54,725 nucleotides of DNA, taken from contig CANQKV010000001.1 of NCBI GenBank assembly GCA_947624545.1, positions 1-54,725 of the forward strand, in the 5' to 3' direction. The stretch comes from an uncultured Alphaproteobacteria bacterium. Lineage in GTDB: Bacteria > Pseudomonadota > Alphaproteobacteria > CAAHEQ01 > UBA3637. A program made the position numbers and the translations under genes. Positions 8,320-17,173 of the stretch are shown in pieces. Under the pieces are notes generated by a model that saw nothing but the letters and a program-made list of their open reading frames with translations, did not search any database and was not told the DNA's origin. Position 1 is the first letter of the stretch; every line of letters begins with the position of its first letter.

Positions 8320-8862
8320 ATGAAAATTATTCAAAAACCGTCAACCCATTTTAATGAGAGAAAGTGTGCCATTGATATGATTGTGTTGCATGCAACGGCA
8401 ACGCCCTCTTTACGGGAAACGTTTTATTACTTAATTGAAAAAGAAGAAGGCGGTCGTGTCAGCGCTCACTATGTGATTGATACGGACGGAACAATTTATC
8501 AGCTGATCGATGAAGCAAAACGTGCGTGGCATGCGGGTGTGAGTGTGTGGGACGGACAAACCGATATTAACAGTCGTTCCGTCGGTATTGAATTTCAATG
8601 CGCCGCCATCGATAATCAATCTTTTGCGATGTTTTCATCGGCACAAATCGAAGCGGGATTGAATTTGTGTCGCCTGTTGGTTGAAAAATATAAAATTCAG
8701 CCCCATAATGTGGTAGCTCACTCGGATATTGCGCCCGAACGCAAAGTTGATCCGGGGCGCACGTTTCCGTGGGAGCGTTTTTGGTTGGCGGGATTGGCGG
8801 AAAATCCGTTACGCCGACCGTTGATTGCGCAACAATCAAATGAAAGGAATAAAAATGTTTAA
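8320..8862 (+). CDS. ampD: N-acetylmuramoyl-L-alanine amidase, AmpD-like (Amidase_2)
   Basis: Contains IVLHATATPS, SAHYVIDTDGTIYQL, AWHAGVS, SVGIEF and AHSDIAPERKVDPG. Confidence 0.85.
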   Translation: MKIIQKPSTHFNERKCAIDMIVLHATATPSLRETFYYLIEKEEGGRVSAHYVIDTDGTIYQLIDEAKRAWHAGVSVWDGQTDINSRSVGIEFQCAAIDNQSFAMFSSAQIEAGLNLCRLLVEKYKIQPHNVVAHSDIAPERKVDPGRTFPWERFWLAGLAENPLRRPLIAQQSNERNKNV

Positions 8863-9805
8863 TGTGCTTACACATTTATCAACGGGTGTTCTTTGGATTG
8901 TTTTTGCTTGTGTTGTCGGCTTGATTTTATTTTTGGACTTGTTTGTTTTTCATAAAAAATCGGAAGAACCGTCTTTAAAAAGCACGCTTCATATTTGTTT
9001 GGGTTATTTATGCGTTGCTTTGCTGTTCGGTTTGTTTGTCATAGCGGAAAAAGGTACGGAAACGGGATTTTTGTATTATACCGGTTATTTGGTGGAATTC
9101 AGTCTGTCCATGGATAACATTTTTGTTATGTCACTTGTTTTTACGGGGCTTCATGTGGCATCGGCTTATCAACATCGGGTTTTATTCTGGGGTGTTTTGG
9201 GCGCCATTATCATGCGTGCCGTTATGATTTTACTCGGGGCAGGGCTTGTCAGCTCGTTTCATTGGATTTTATATCTTTTCTCGGCATTTTTAATTTATAC
9301 CGGTGTGAAAATGCTTGTGGAAAAGAAAGAAGAAAGAAGTGATGTTTCCGAAAACAAAGTCATTACTTTTTTAAAACGGTTTATGCATGTAACACCCGCT
9401 TTTCACGGAGAACACTTTTTTGTGAAAGAAAAAGGAAAATGGGCAGCAACGCCGCTCTTTTTTGCGTTGATGAGCATTGAGTTGATGGATGTTGTTTTTG
9501 CCGTTGACAGTATTCCCGCCATTTTCTTGATTACACAAGATGTTTTTGTAATTTACACCAGTAATATTTTTGCCATTTTAGGCTTGCGGTCGTTATACTT
9601 TTTATTGGCGGCGGCCGTCAATCGATTTACCTATTTAAAACACGCCTTGTCGTTGGTTCTTATTTTTATCGGTTTAAAAATATTTTTACCCCATATCGGT
9701 ATAACCGTTTCGAATTTAATGTCGTTAAGCGTAACGTTTTCGTTGTTGGCAATGGGAATTATTGCCTCGCTTTATTTCACAAAAAAACCTTTCCTGAAAA
9801 GATAA
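8855..9805 (+). CDS. TerC-family integral membrane protein
   Basis: A multi-TM protein with EFSLSMDNIFV and IELMDVVFAVDSIPA repeats, the TerC signature. The ATG at 8855 follows an AAAGGA ribosome-binding site; the ORF track starts at 8825. Confidence 0.85.
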   Translation: MFNVLTHLSTGVLWIVFACVVGLILFLDLFVFHKKSEEPSLKSTLHICLGYLCVALLFGLFVIAEKGTETGFLYYTGYLVEFSLSMDNIFVMSLVFTGLHVASAYQHRVLFWGVLGAIIMRAVMILLGAGLVSSFHWILYLFSAFLIYTGVKMLVEKKEERSDVSENKVITFLKRFMHVTPAFHGEHFFVKEKGKWAATPLFFALMSIELMDVVFAVDSIPAIFLITQDVFVIYTSNIFAILGLRSLYFLLAAAVNRFTYLKHALSLVLIFIGLKIFLPHIGITVSNLMSLSVTFSLLAMGIIASLYFTKKPFLKR

Positions 9806-10773
9806 GTTAAAAGTTGATACATTAATTTATATCGTAAAATAATCCAATAACATTTTATGAAAAAATTTAATTTTGCGGATTTTTTTCTCAAAGAAAGATT
9901 TATTCTTCCTAAGAAAAAAGCATGTAAACCCCACATCCATTCTTGTGCGGTTAAATGAAACCGTTGTTGGCAAAGTGAGATCCATTTAATGAACTGAAAA
10001 CAGGGGATTATAACAAAAGGAGAATGCTGAATTAAACAAAAAATATATCGCATTAAATCTTCACTGATACATCCGAAACGAATTTCTTCAAAATCTATAA
10101 AAGCAACGCTTTGATGATGCGTGAATAAAATATTATTATTGTGAAAATCTCCGTGAATAACAGTGTTTTGTAAAATACCCTCTTTTGAAACGGATATTTT
10201 ATTAAAATTTTTTAAAATTTGATGATAAAAATATTTTCCGAAAAAGCTTTTTATTTTTCCGACAGAAGGAGAGAAAAATATATCTGTATTTTGAAGTTTC
10301 TTTTGTATCAAACTGTATTCCTGACACCAATCTGTTGCCGAAGTAATAATACTTTTATCTTTCCACGCTGTTTGTAAAAAATAAGTATACGCTTTTAAAA
10401 TTTTTTGAAAATCGTCAGCTTTTATTTGAAAAAAACGTAAAGATTTTCCCGGTTGATATGTTAAAATAAATCCATATTGATGATGATATAAAAAAGAAGA
10501 TTTTCCTTGAATACGTATCGGTTTTGCGGTTAAAATTTTTGAATTTTGTGCCAATGTTTCATAAACACAAAATAATTGTTCAATGTTTTGCGGTTTAGCG
10601 TTCACACAAAGCTTCACCAGAAATTTTTCATCGATTGTTTTAACAACAAAATTAAGAGATCCGGATCCGCGCTTTAATTTTCGATATTTGATAATCGGTT
10701 TTTGCAAAAGTGTTTCCTGCAAAAATCGGATAAAATCAGAAGTATCAAAAGCGTTTTTGGAAATGGAATTCAT
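9772..10773 (-). CDS. Phosphotransferase-family kinase (APH/choline-kinase fold)
   Basis: Contains the Brenner motif VIHGDFHNNNILF followed by FIDFEE. The gene is markedly more AT-rich than its neighbours. Its 3' end overlaps the terC-family gene convergently by 34 nt. Confidence 0.7.
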   Translation of the reverse strand: MNSISKNAFDTSDFIRFLQETLLQKPIIKYRKLKRGSGSLNFVVKTIDEKFLVKLCVNAKPQNIEQLFCVYETLAQNSKILTAKPIRIQGKSSFLYHHQYGFILTYQPGKSLRFFQIKADDFQKILKAYTYFLQTAWKDKSIITSATDWCQEYSLIQKKLQNTDIFFSPSVGKIKSFFGKYFYHQILKNFNKISVSKEGILQNTVIHGDFHNNNILFTHHQSVAFIDFEEIRFGCISEDLMRYIFCLIQHSPFVIIPCFQFIKWISLCQQRFHLTAQEWMWGLHAFFLGRINLSLRKKSAKLNFFIKCYWIILRYKLMYQLLTYLFRKGFFVK

Positions 10774-10883
10774 TGTGAACCTTTAAGGAATGTTATCATA
10801 TTTTGAGGCAAAAAATCAAGTAAAATTATGCTTGCTTTTAAGAAAAAAATAAATTATGCTGATTTTAATGAAGGAGTATAAAA

Positions 10884-11468
10884 ATGTATGAAGCATTGGA
10901 AGAAGTGCGTGCCTGTGCGCTGAATTGTCACAAATGCGCGCTCGGGAAAACAAGAAACAATCTTGTTTTTTCCGACGGAATTCCCAATTCCAAATTAATG
11001 TTAATCGGTGAAGCCCCCGGTTATAACGAAGATATGCAGGGAAAGCCGTTTGTCGGTCGGGCAGGGCAGCTGTTGGATAAAATTTTCGAATCGGTCGGAT
11101 TATCTCGGGAAAAAGATGTGTATATTTGTAATACCGTAAAGTGTCGCCCGCCCGAAAATCGTGATCCGTTGCCGGAAGAAAAAGCTGCTTGTCGGGCTTT
11201 TTTGGATCGGCAGATTGAAATTTTAAAACCGCGCTTAATTTTATTATGCGGCAAAGTGGCGCTGACTTCTTTTCTGCCTGATTTAACGGTGGGTATTACC
11301 AAAGTGCGCGGGCAATGGTTTGACGGTCCTTACGGCTCGAAAATGATGCCGATTTTTCATCCGTCGTATTTGTTGCGTAATCCGTCACACAACCCGGGTT
11401 CGCCCAAAGCTTTAATGTGGGAAGATATCAAAAAAATCAAGCAGGCTTATGAGGCGTTGGATAAATAG
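10884..11468 (+). CDS. Uracil-DNA glycosylase, family 4
   Basis: Contains C..C..C Fe-S cysteines at the N-terminus, GEAPGYNED, VKCRPP and FHPSYLLR. Confidence 0.88.
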   Translation: MYEALEEVRACALNCHKCALGKTRNNLVFSDGIPNSKLMLIGEAPGYNEDMQGKPFVGRAGQLLDKIFESVGLSREKDVYICNTVKCRPPENRDPLPEEKAACRAFLDRQIEILKPRLILLCGKVALTSFLPDLTVGITKVRGQWFDGPYGSKMMPIFHPSYLLRNPSHNPGSPKALMWEDIKKIKQAYEALDK

Positions 11469-11558
11469 TTCTTTTTTATCTTTTTTTGAAAAAAGTTCTT
11501 GACTTCAATTCGGCTTTAATTGATAAATTTTATAAAAAGCTATCGGGAAGGATAAAAA

Positions 11559-12830
11559 ATGTATCGCATTTTACGGCTTGTCAGAAATATAGCGGCAATC
11601 ATTTTGTTTTGTTTTTGTGTTTCTGCTTTTACAAAAGCATTTTATCCGCTTTCCTTTTTTAATATTCAAGGCATTTCTTTACTGGAACGCTTTTCGGTGC
11701 GTGAATCGCTTTTTGCCGGTGCAATGTTGATTTTTTTTGTTGTCTTAACGCTTTTGTTCGGGCGAATTTATTGTTCGATTCTCTGTCCGCTCGGGTTATA
11801 TCAGGAGCTTATTCGCCTTATTTTTCATCGGCAACTGCCTTATCGTTCCAATCGGTTTTTTAAATATGTTTTAGCGCTGTTTTTGGTGGGAATGTTGTTT
11901 GGCGGAACGGTATTTGTGACCCGCTTTTTCGATCCCTATGCCTTGTTCGGTGCGGCAATGAGCGGAGCCGTTTGGGGAATATGCCTTTTGGCGGGTATAA
12001 CGGTTTTAACGGTCTTTAAAGGGCGGTTTTTCTGTACCGATATTTGCCCTCTCGGTGCAATACTGGGTTTTTTGTCACGTTTTGCACTTTTTCGGGTGTT
12101 TATTGATGATTCAAAATGTCGCACCTGCGGCAAATGTGCCAAAGTTTGCCCGAGCGGATGTATTGATTATAAAAATCATTTTGTCAATAATGAACTGTGC
12201 GTACGCTGTTCGGCTTGTTTAAAAGTTTGTCCGTTTCAGGCAATGCGCTTTGGTAAAAAATCACCGCCGCCGATTGCGTTTAACTTAAAACGGCGTGAGT
12301 TTTTGCTGGGGGCTTTATCTTTGGCTGTGGTCGGTGCGGCTTATAAAAGCGGATTGACTTTGGTTCAAAAAACGGCACATCGATTTAAAAATATTATTGT
12401 ACCGCCCGGCGGTGAATCGCCTGATGCTTTTGTCAATCGGTGCTTGAATTGTAATTTATGCGTGCAAAACTGCCCGATGAAAGTGTTAAAGAAAGCAACA
12501 ACGGCTTATCCCGCCGTTCATTTGGAATATGATAACAGTTTTTGCGCCGATTCATGTCATCGCTGTTCGCAAATATGCCCCTCGGGGGCATTAAAACGCC
12601 TTTCTTTGGCACAAAAACGGCAAACAAAAATCGGTACGGCTGATATTAATGCCGAAATTTGTATTAATTGCGGTTTATGTGTTATGGAATGTCCGCGCGG
12701 TGCTATCATACAAGAGGCAACAACAGTTCGTGTACAACGGGAAAAATGTATCGGCTGCGGTGCCTGTAAAGCAGTATGTCCCGTGCAGGCGATTTTGGTT
12801 AACGGAGTTGAAAAACAAACAAACGTATAA
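11559..12830 (+). CDS. Membrane polyferredoxin: NapH-like N-terminal half fused to a NapG-like C-terminal half
   Basis: About four TM helices with two GRxxCxxxCPLG motifs (GRIYCSILCPLG, GRFFCTDICPLG). Two CxxCxxCxxxCP clusters follow, then KRREFLLGALSLAVVGAA (a twin-arginine motif plus TM). After that comes PPGGESPDAFVNRCLNCNLCVQNCP and three more 4Fe-4S cysteine motifs. Confidence 0.7.
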   Translation: MYRILRLVRNIAAIILFCFCVSAFTKAFYPLSFFNIQGISLLERFSVRESLFAGAMLIFFVVLTLLFGRIYCSILCPLGLYQELIRLIFHRQLPYRSNRFFKYVLALFLVGMLFGGTVFVTRFFDPYALFGAAMSGAVWGICLLAGITVLTVFKGRFFCTDICPLGAILGFLSRFALFRVFIDDSKCRTCGKCAKVCPSGCIDYKNHFVNNELCVRCSACLKVCPFQAMRFGKKSPPPIAFNLKRREFLLGALSLAVVGAAYKSGLTLVQKTAHRFKNIIVPPGGESPDAFVNRCLNCNLCVQNCPMKVLKKATTAYPAVHLEYDNSFCADSCHRCSQICPSGALKRLSLAQKRQTKIGTADINAEICINCGLCVMECPRGAIIQEATTVRVQREKCIGCGACKAVCPVQAILVNGVEKQTNV

Positions 12831-12850
12831 ATAACAAAAGGAGGAAAAAA

Positions 12851-13042
12851 ATGTCTATCGGTTTAACGGAACTCGGATTGATTTTGGTGATTGCTTTATT
12901 ATTATTCGGCGGAAAACGGTTGCCCGAATTGGCACGCGGATTGGGTCGGGCGCATTATGAATACAAAAAAGCCAAAAATCTGCTTCAAAACGAGGCACGC
13001 GAAATTAAAGAAGCGCTTGATGCGGAAAATGAAAAAAAATAA
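12851..13042 (+). CDS. tatA: Twin-arginine translocase subunit TatA/E
   Basis: A 63-aa protein, MSIGLTELGLILVIALLLFGGKRLPELARGLGRA, with the FG hinge and amphipathic helix. A GGAGGA ribosome-binding site lies upstream. Confidence 0.9.
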   Translation: MSIGLTELGLILVIALLLFGGKRLPELARGLGRAHYEYKKAKNLLQNEAREIKEALDAENEKK

Positions 13043-13766
13043 AACGCTTTCAAACGAAACGATTTTACCGCATTTGGAAGCGTTTCGACAAGTATTGTTA
13101 CACTGTCTTATTGCGTTGGGCGTTGTGTTCATACCGGCGTTTTTAGCGGCGCCGATGTGTTTAAACGCGCTCACGAGGTTATTTCTCGATTCCTCTCATT
13201 CTTTAAATTATTTTACGCCGCTGGAAGTTTTTTGGGTGCAGGTAAAATTAGCGTTCGTGATTGATTTAATTTTTTGTGCGCCGTTGATTGCTCGGTCGGT
13301 TTGGCGTTTTTTATTGCCGGCGCTTTATGAATCGGAACGCAGAATGATTCGATATTTATCTTTATGCGCTGCCGGTTTGTTTATAACAGGCGTGTGTTGT
13401 TGTTTATTTTTCATTATGCCGACGGTTATTCGATTCGGATTCAGTTTTGAATCTGTCGGTTTAAACGCTGTTTGGAGCATCAGTGCCTTGATTGATTTCG
13501 CTCTGAAACTTTCCGTTGTTTTCGGGCTGATGTTTCAATTTCCGTTAATGACTTATGCCTTAATTCGCTTGAAAATTGTTTCGAAAGAAAAAGTTAAACA
13601 GCAGCGTCCGAGTGTTTTTTTGGGTATTTTAATTTTATCGGCACTCTTGACACCGCCGGATATAATCAGCCAGCTTTTGTTGGCGCTTCCGACATATTTT
13701 TTGTTTGAACTCGGCTTGTTTTTTGCTAAAGATGAAAAAAAGAAAAAAAAAGTCTTGACATTATGA
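13029..13766 (+). CDS. tatC: Twin-arginine translocase subunit TatC
   Basis: Has the six-TM TatC pattern: HLEAFRQVLL, FLLPALYESERR, LLTPPD. The likely start is ATG at 13029 (or 13020), overlapping the tatA 3' end. The ORF-track start at 12891 lies inside tatA. Confidence 0.88.
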   Translation: MKKNKTLSNETILPHLEAFRQVLLHCLIALGVVFIPAFLAAPMCLNALTRLFLDSSHSLNYFTPLEVFWVQVKLAFVIDLIFCAPLIARSVWRFLLPALYESERRMIRYLSLCAAGLFITGVCCCLFFIMPTVIRFGFSFESVGLNAVWSISALIDFALKLSVVFGLMFQFPLMTYALIRLKIVSKEKVKQQRPSVFLGILILSALLTPPDIISQLLLALPTYFLFELGLFFAKDEKKKKKVLTL

Positions 13767-13812
13767 CTGTTTTGAATGAGATTCTATAAAGAGTAAAATA
13801 AAGGAGGAAAAA

Positions 13813-14376
13813 ATGAAAAAATTATTATTCGGCTTATTAGCCGGTACGCTTTTACCGTTCGGTGCGGCGCATGCCGATGAAACGAGTGTGTCAAACCAAA
13901 ATCCGAATGTGTTGATTGCCTATTATTCCTGGTCGGGAAACACAAAGGAAATTGCCGAGGATATTCATAAAGCCGTCGGCGGTACGCTTTTTGAAATTCA
14001 AACCGTTCAAAGTTATCCGGAAGAATATCGCGCAACGACGGAGCAAGCCAAAAAAGAAATTAACGATCATTTTAAGCCGCAATTAAAAACAAAAGTTGAA
14101 AATATGGCGCAGTATGATACGATTTTTATCGGTTCGCCGAATTGGTGGGGTACCATTGCGCCTGCCGTCAGCAGTTTTTTGGCAGAATATGATTTGAACG
14201 GTAAAACCGTTATTCCGTTTATTACACACGGCGGGGGCGGCGAACAAAATACCGTTAAAGATTTAACGGCACAATGCAACGGATGTAACGTTTCTTCTCA
14301 TCCGTGGGTCAGTTATAAAACAATGACGCTCGGACGAATGAGCGGTTGGTTAAAAGAAATCGGATTTAAAGAATAA
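13813..14376 (+). CDS. Exported flavodoxin-like protein (Flavodoxin_4-type)
   Basis: Has a signal peptide, MKKLLFGLLAGTLLPFGAAHA. VLIAYYSWSGNTKEIAEDI and IGSPNWWGTIAP are flavodoxin FMN-binding-type motifs. Confidence 0.7.
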   Translation: MKKLLFGLLAGTLLPFGAAHADETSVSNQNPNVLIAYYSWSGNTKEIAEDIHKAVGGTLFEIQTVQSYPEEYRATTEQAKKEINDHFKPQLKTKVENMAQYDTIFIGSPNWWGTIAPAVSSFLAEYDLNGKTVIPFITHGGGGEQNTVKDLTAQCNGCNVSSHPWVSYKTMTLGRMSGWLKEIGFKE

Positions 14377-14428
14377 ATTAAGTTTTTCCGTTAGAAAACC
14401 GATGTTTTGAAAAAAGCATCGGTTTTTT

Positions 14429-15529
14429 TTAACCGTCTTCCGTATGAAGCAGGGCGGAAATACAAAGCGGTATAACCACCAAAGACGGTCCCCAAGCCGC
14501 AAGAACATACGGCAGACTTTGTGATAATCCCAGCACATTGGTAACGCGCCCCAGAAAATATAAAACAAAACCGCCTAAAATTGCCAATACAATTCGAGTC
14601 AGCATTTTGCCTTGTCGTGTATTCGGCGGTAACGTAAAAACGGCAGCAATAAATAACATGGCAACAAGCATAATCGGATAAGCCAACAATTCGTTAAAAT
14701 ACATGGCGTGTTCGGCAACGGCAAACCCCGATTCGCGCAAGAAATGAATAAACTTCGGAAACCGCCAGAAAGACATGGTTCTCGGTTCGTCAAAACGCTC
14801 TAAAATGCGTTCTAAACTAAAACCCGTTTTAATGCTTTCAACCGGCTTTGTAAAAGCTTCCTCCGTCATCGGATTAATGATAAAAGCATTCGGAAGAGTC
14901 AGTTGTCCTTTCATTAAAATGGCGTTATTTCCTTCGATTTGTCGCTTTAATGCGCCGTTCGGCAGTAATTCAAACAAGGAAACCCGATCCAGAATAACAT
15001 CGTTTCCTTTTTGCCGAACGCGACCCGCCCGCAAAACAAGTGTTTGATTTTCACTCGCCTCACGAAGCCATAAGCCTTTTTCCGACCACGAAAACGGATG
15101 AGAGTTTGTCATGCCGATTCGCTCTTCCAGCCGTTCGAATTGCTTGGCTGTCATTGCCGCAAACGGATTAAAAATCGTCACGTTAAAAACACCCAGTAAA
15201 AAAACAAAAGCAATCATCGGTGTCATAAAATTCCATACGCTCATACCAATGGAGCGCATAATGATTAATTCCGATGAAGCGCTGTATTTTAAAAAGAAAA
15301 TAACACCGGCAATTAAGGCGACAAAAGGCAAAATAATGTGTATCATTTGAGGCGATTTTAACACGCCTAAAACCAAAATATCCCAAAAGGCAATATTTTC
15401 CCGTTTGGCTGCCATACGCAATAATTCAATAATATCAAACAACAAAACAACTGCCGTCAATGCAAATAAAGTTGCAAAGAAAATAAAGACATAATGTTTT
15501 AAAATATATTTAAATAGAATTAAGTTCAT
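14429..15529 (-). CDS. lptG: LPS export ABC transporter permease, LptF/LptG family (LptG-like)
   Basis: A 366-aa protein with YjgP/YjgQ architecture: three TM helices, a periplasmic beta-jellyroll segment, then three TM helices. The N-terminus is LFKYILKHYVFIFFATLFALTAVVLLFD. Confidence 0.78.
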   Translation of the reverse strand: MNLILFKYILKHYVFIFFATLFALTAVVLLFDIIELLRMAAKRENIAFWDILVLGVLKSPQMIHIILPFVALIAGVIFFLKYSASSELIIMRSIGMSVWNFMTPMIAFVFLLGVFNVTIFNPFAAMTAKQFERLEERIGMTNSHPFSWSEKGLWLREASENQTLVLRAGRVRQKGNDVILDRVSLFELLPNGALKRQIEGNNAILMKGQLTLPNAFIINPMTEEAFTKPVESIKTGFSLERILERFDEPRTMSFWRFPKFIHFLRESGFAVAEHAMYFNELLAYPIMLVAMLFIAAVFTLPPNTRQGKMLTRIVLAILGGFVLYFLGRVTNVLGLSQSLPYVLAAWGPSLVVIPLCISALLHTEDG

Positions 15530-15653
15530 TCAAAGTACCTTGTATTTTTTAACAATCATACGCAAAAATAAAAAATTGTCAATATTTAATATCAAATTAG
15601 CGCGCAATGAAATGCAAAAGAAATAAAAAAAATGAATAAAACAAAAAAAACTG

Positions 15654-15682
15654 TTGACAACCGATAAATTATTCTGTATAAA
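15654..15682 (+). promoter_or_regulatory. sigma70-type promoter for tRNA-Lys
   Basis: TTGACA (15654-15659), a 17-nt spacer, then TATAAA (15677-15682), about 20 nt upstream of the tRNA 5' end. Confidence 0.55.
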
Positions 15683-15701
15683 AAAGCTCTGTTGAGCCGA
15701 T

Positions 15702-15777
15702 GAGTGCGTAGCTCAGCTGGTAGAGCACCTGACTTTTAATCAGGTGGCCCTGGGTTCGAATCCCAGCGCGCTCACCA
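15702..15777 (+). tRNA. tRNA-Lys (anticodon UUU)
   Basis: A cloverleaf was folded by hand. The acceptor stem GAGTGCG/CGCGCTC has one G-U pair. The D-arm is GCTCAGCTGGTAGAGC and the anticodon loop is CTTTTAA. The T-arm is GGTTCGAATCC and the CCA end is encoded. Confidence 0.93.
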
Positions 15778-15783
15778 TTTAAA

Positions 15784-15809
15784 AACCACCTTTCGAGGTG
15801 GTTTTTTTT
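15784..15809 (+). terminator. Rho-independent terminator after tRNA-Lys
   Basis: AACCACCT-TTCG-AGGTGGTT hairpin followed by T8. Confidence 0.85.
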
Positions 15810-15988
15810 ATAAATATCATTCCCGAAGAAAAAACAACCTCGTTTTTTTGGCAACAATCCCGTTTCTCGGAAGCAGATATAATAACCTTTGTTCGGAAAA
15901 ATGTGAACAGCCACATCCTGCGTGGGCGTTCAATAATTTTTATTGATTTTAACGATATTTTTGATAAAATAAGTTCTGTGAGGAAGAA

Positions 15989-17017
15989 ATGAAACATATT
16001 TTATGTGTCGGTATCGGGAAAATGGGTCAATTAACGCTCGATTACTTTAAAAAAGATAAAACAATCGAGCATATTTATGTTATTGATCCTAAATTTCAAG
16101 CGCGTTCAACAAAACGCATTACTTGGTTGAAAAACTTTTCGCAATTACCCTCATCAGCTCAAATAGATGCCGCTTTTATCATGACACCTGTTTCGGCACA
16201 TCAATCTTGTTTGGAACAAGCCCTGAAAGCCGGTATTCAAAACATTTTTATCGAAAAGCCCGCGTTGCAATCAAAAAAGGAGTTTCAAGCTGTTTTACCG
16301 CTCATTCAAAATCAAAAAATCGCTGTCGGTTATATTTTGCGCCAATCGAAAGCCTTGCAAGACTTAAAGCATTTTTTAAAGCAATATTTTCACAACGGAT
16401 TTTCTTTAACGCACTGTCATGTAACATATACCAAGCCTTATGATTTTTCTTTAAAACACATAAACGCATGGGAAGAATGCTGTCATCCGTGGGATTTATT
16501 GTTTTGTTGTTTGAATTTTAAAAAAGCGCGAAAAATGACGGTCAGGCAAAAAAAGCTGATTAATAATTTAAAATCAGGGCAAACGGTTGCGGCAAAAATA
16601 AAATATGAACTGACTTTTAATACGCAAAAAACAAATTTAAATATTTTCTTTTCTTATTTGAAACCTGCCCGCAAAAGAGAGTTTATTTTTGAGTTAAAAG
16701 ACAATGAAAATCATTCGTGTAAAATGATTTTATCGCTCGATGTTGCGGATTCGACAGGAAAAGTGCATGATAAAATATGTATTTATCAAAACAATAAACC
16801 CGTTTACAATGCCGTGTATCCGGCTTATGAAAAATTGGCGCGTCAAATTAAAAGCGTTTGTCGTTATTTTAAAACAAATAAAAAAGAACAACTGCACCTT
16901 TTTCAAGATTCGATTGTTTTACAAAACATTTACGATAACACTTTCGGCTTTGCAAAAAATATTGATGAAAAAAAGATAATACCGCTTTTACAAAGCAAAA
17001 ATCAAAACAATCGTTAA
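15989..17017 (+). CDS. Gfo/Idh/MocA-family NAD(P)-dependent oxidoreductase-like protein
   Basis: Has an N-terminal Rossmann motif CVGIGKMGQ, then AAFIMTPVSAHQSCLEQALKAGIQNIFIEKP (EKP motif). The gene is AT-rich compared with its surroundings. Confidence 0.6.
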   Translation: MKHILCVGIGKMGQLTLDYFKKDKTIEHIYVIDPKFQARSTKRITWLKNFSQLPSSAQIDAAFIMTPVSAHQSCLEQALKAGIQNIFIEKPALQSKKEFQAVLPLIQNQKIAVGYILRQSKALQDLKHFLKQYFHNGFSLTHCHVTYTKPYDFSLKHINAWEECCHPWDLLFCCLNFKKARKMTVRQKKLINNLKSGQTVAAKIKYELTFNTQKTNLNIFFSYLKPARKREFIFELKDNENHSCKMILSLDVADSTGKVHDKICIYQNNKPVYNAVYPAYEKLARQIKSVCRYFKTNKKEQLHLFQDSIVLQNIYDNTFGFAKNIDEKKIIPLLQSKNQNNR

Positions 17018-17173
17018 TTTATTTTACCGAAACAGTCTTTTGTTATTTTGTTTTCTCGATTTTTTTTATTAAAATTGCGAAAACCGTAAATTGTATGTTT
17101 TTTGCGCTTTTTTCTTGAATAATACATGTTTATGTGCTATAAAAACTTGTTTTTAACAAAACGAGGTATAGAT

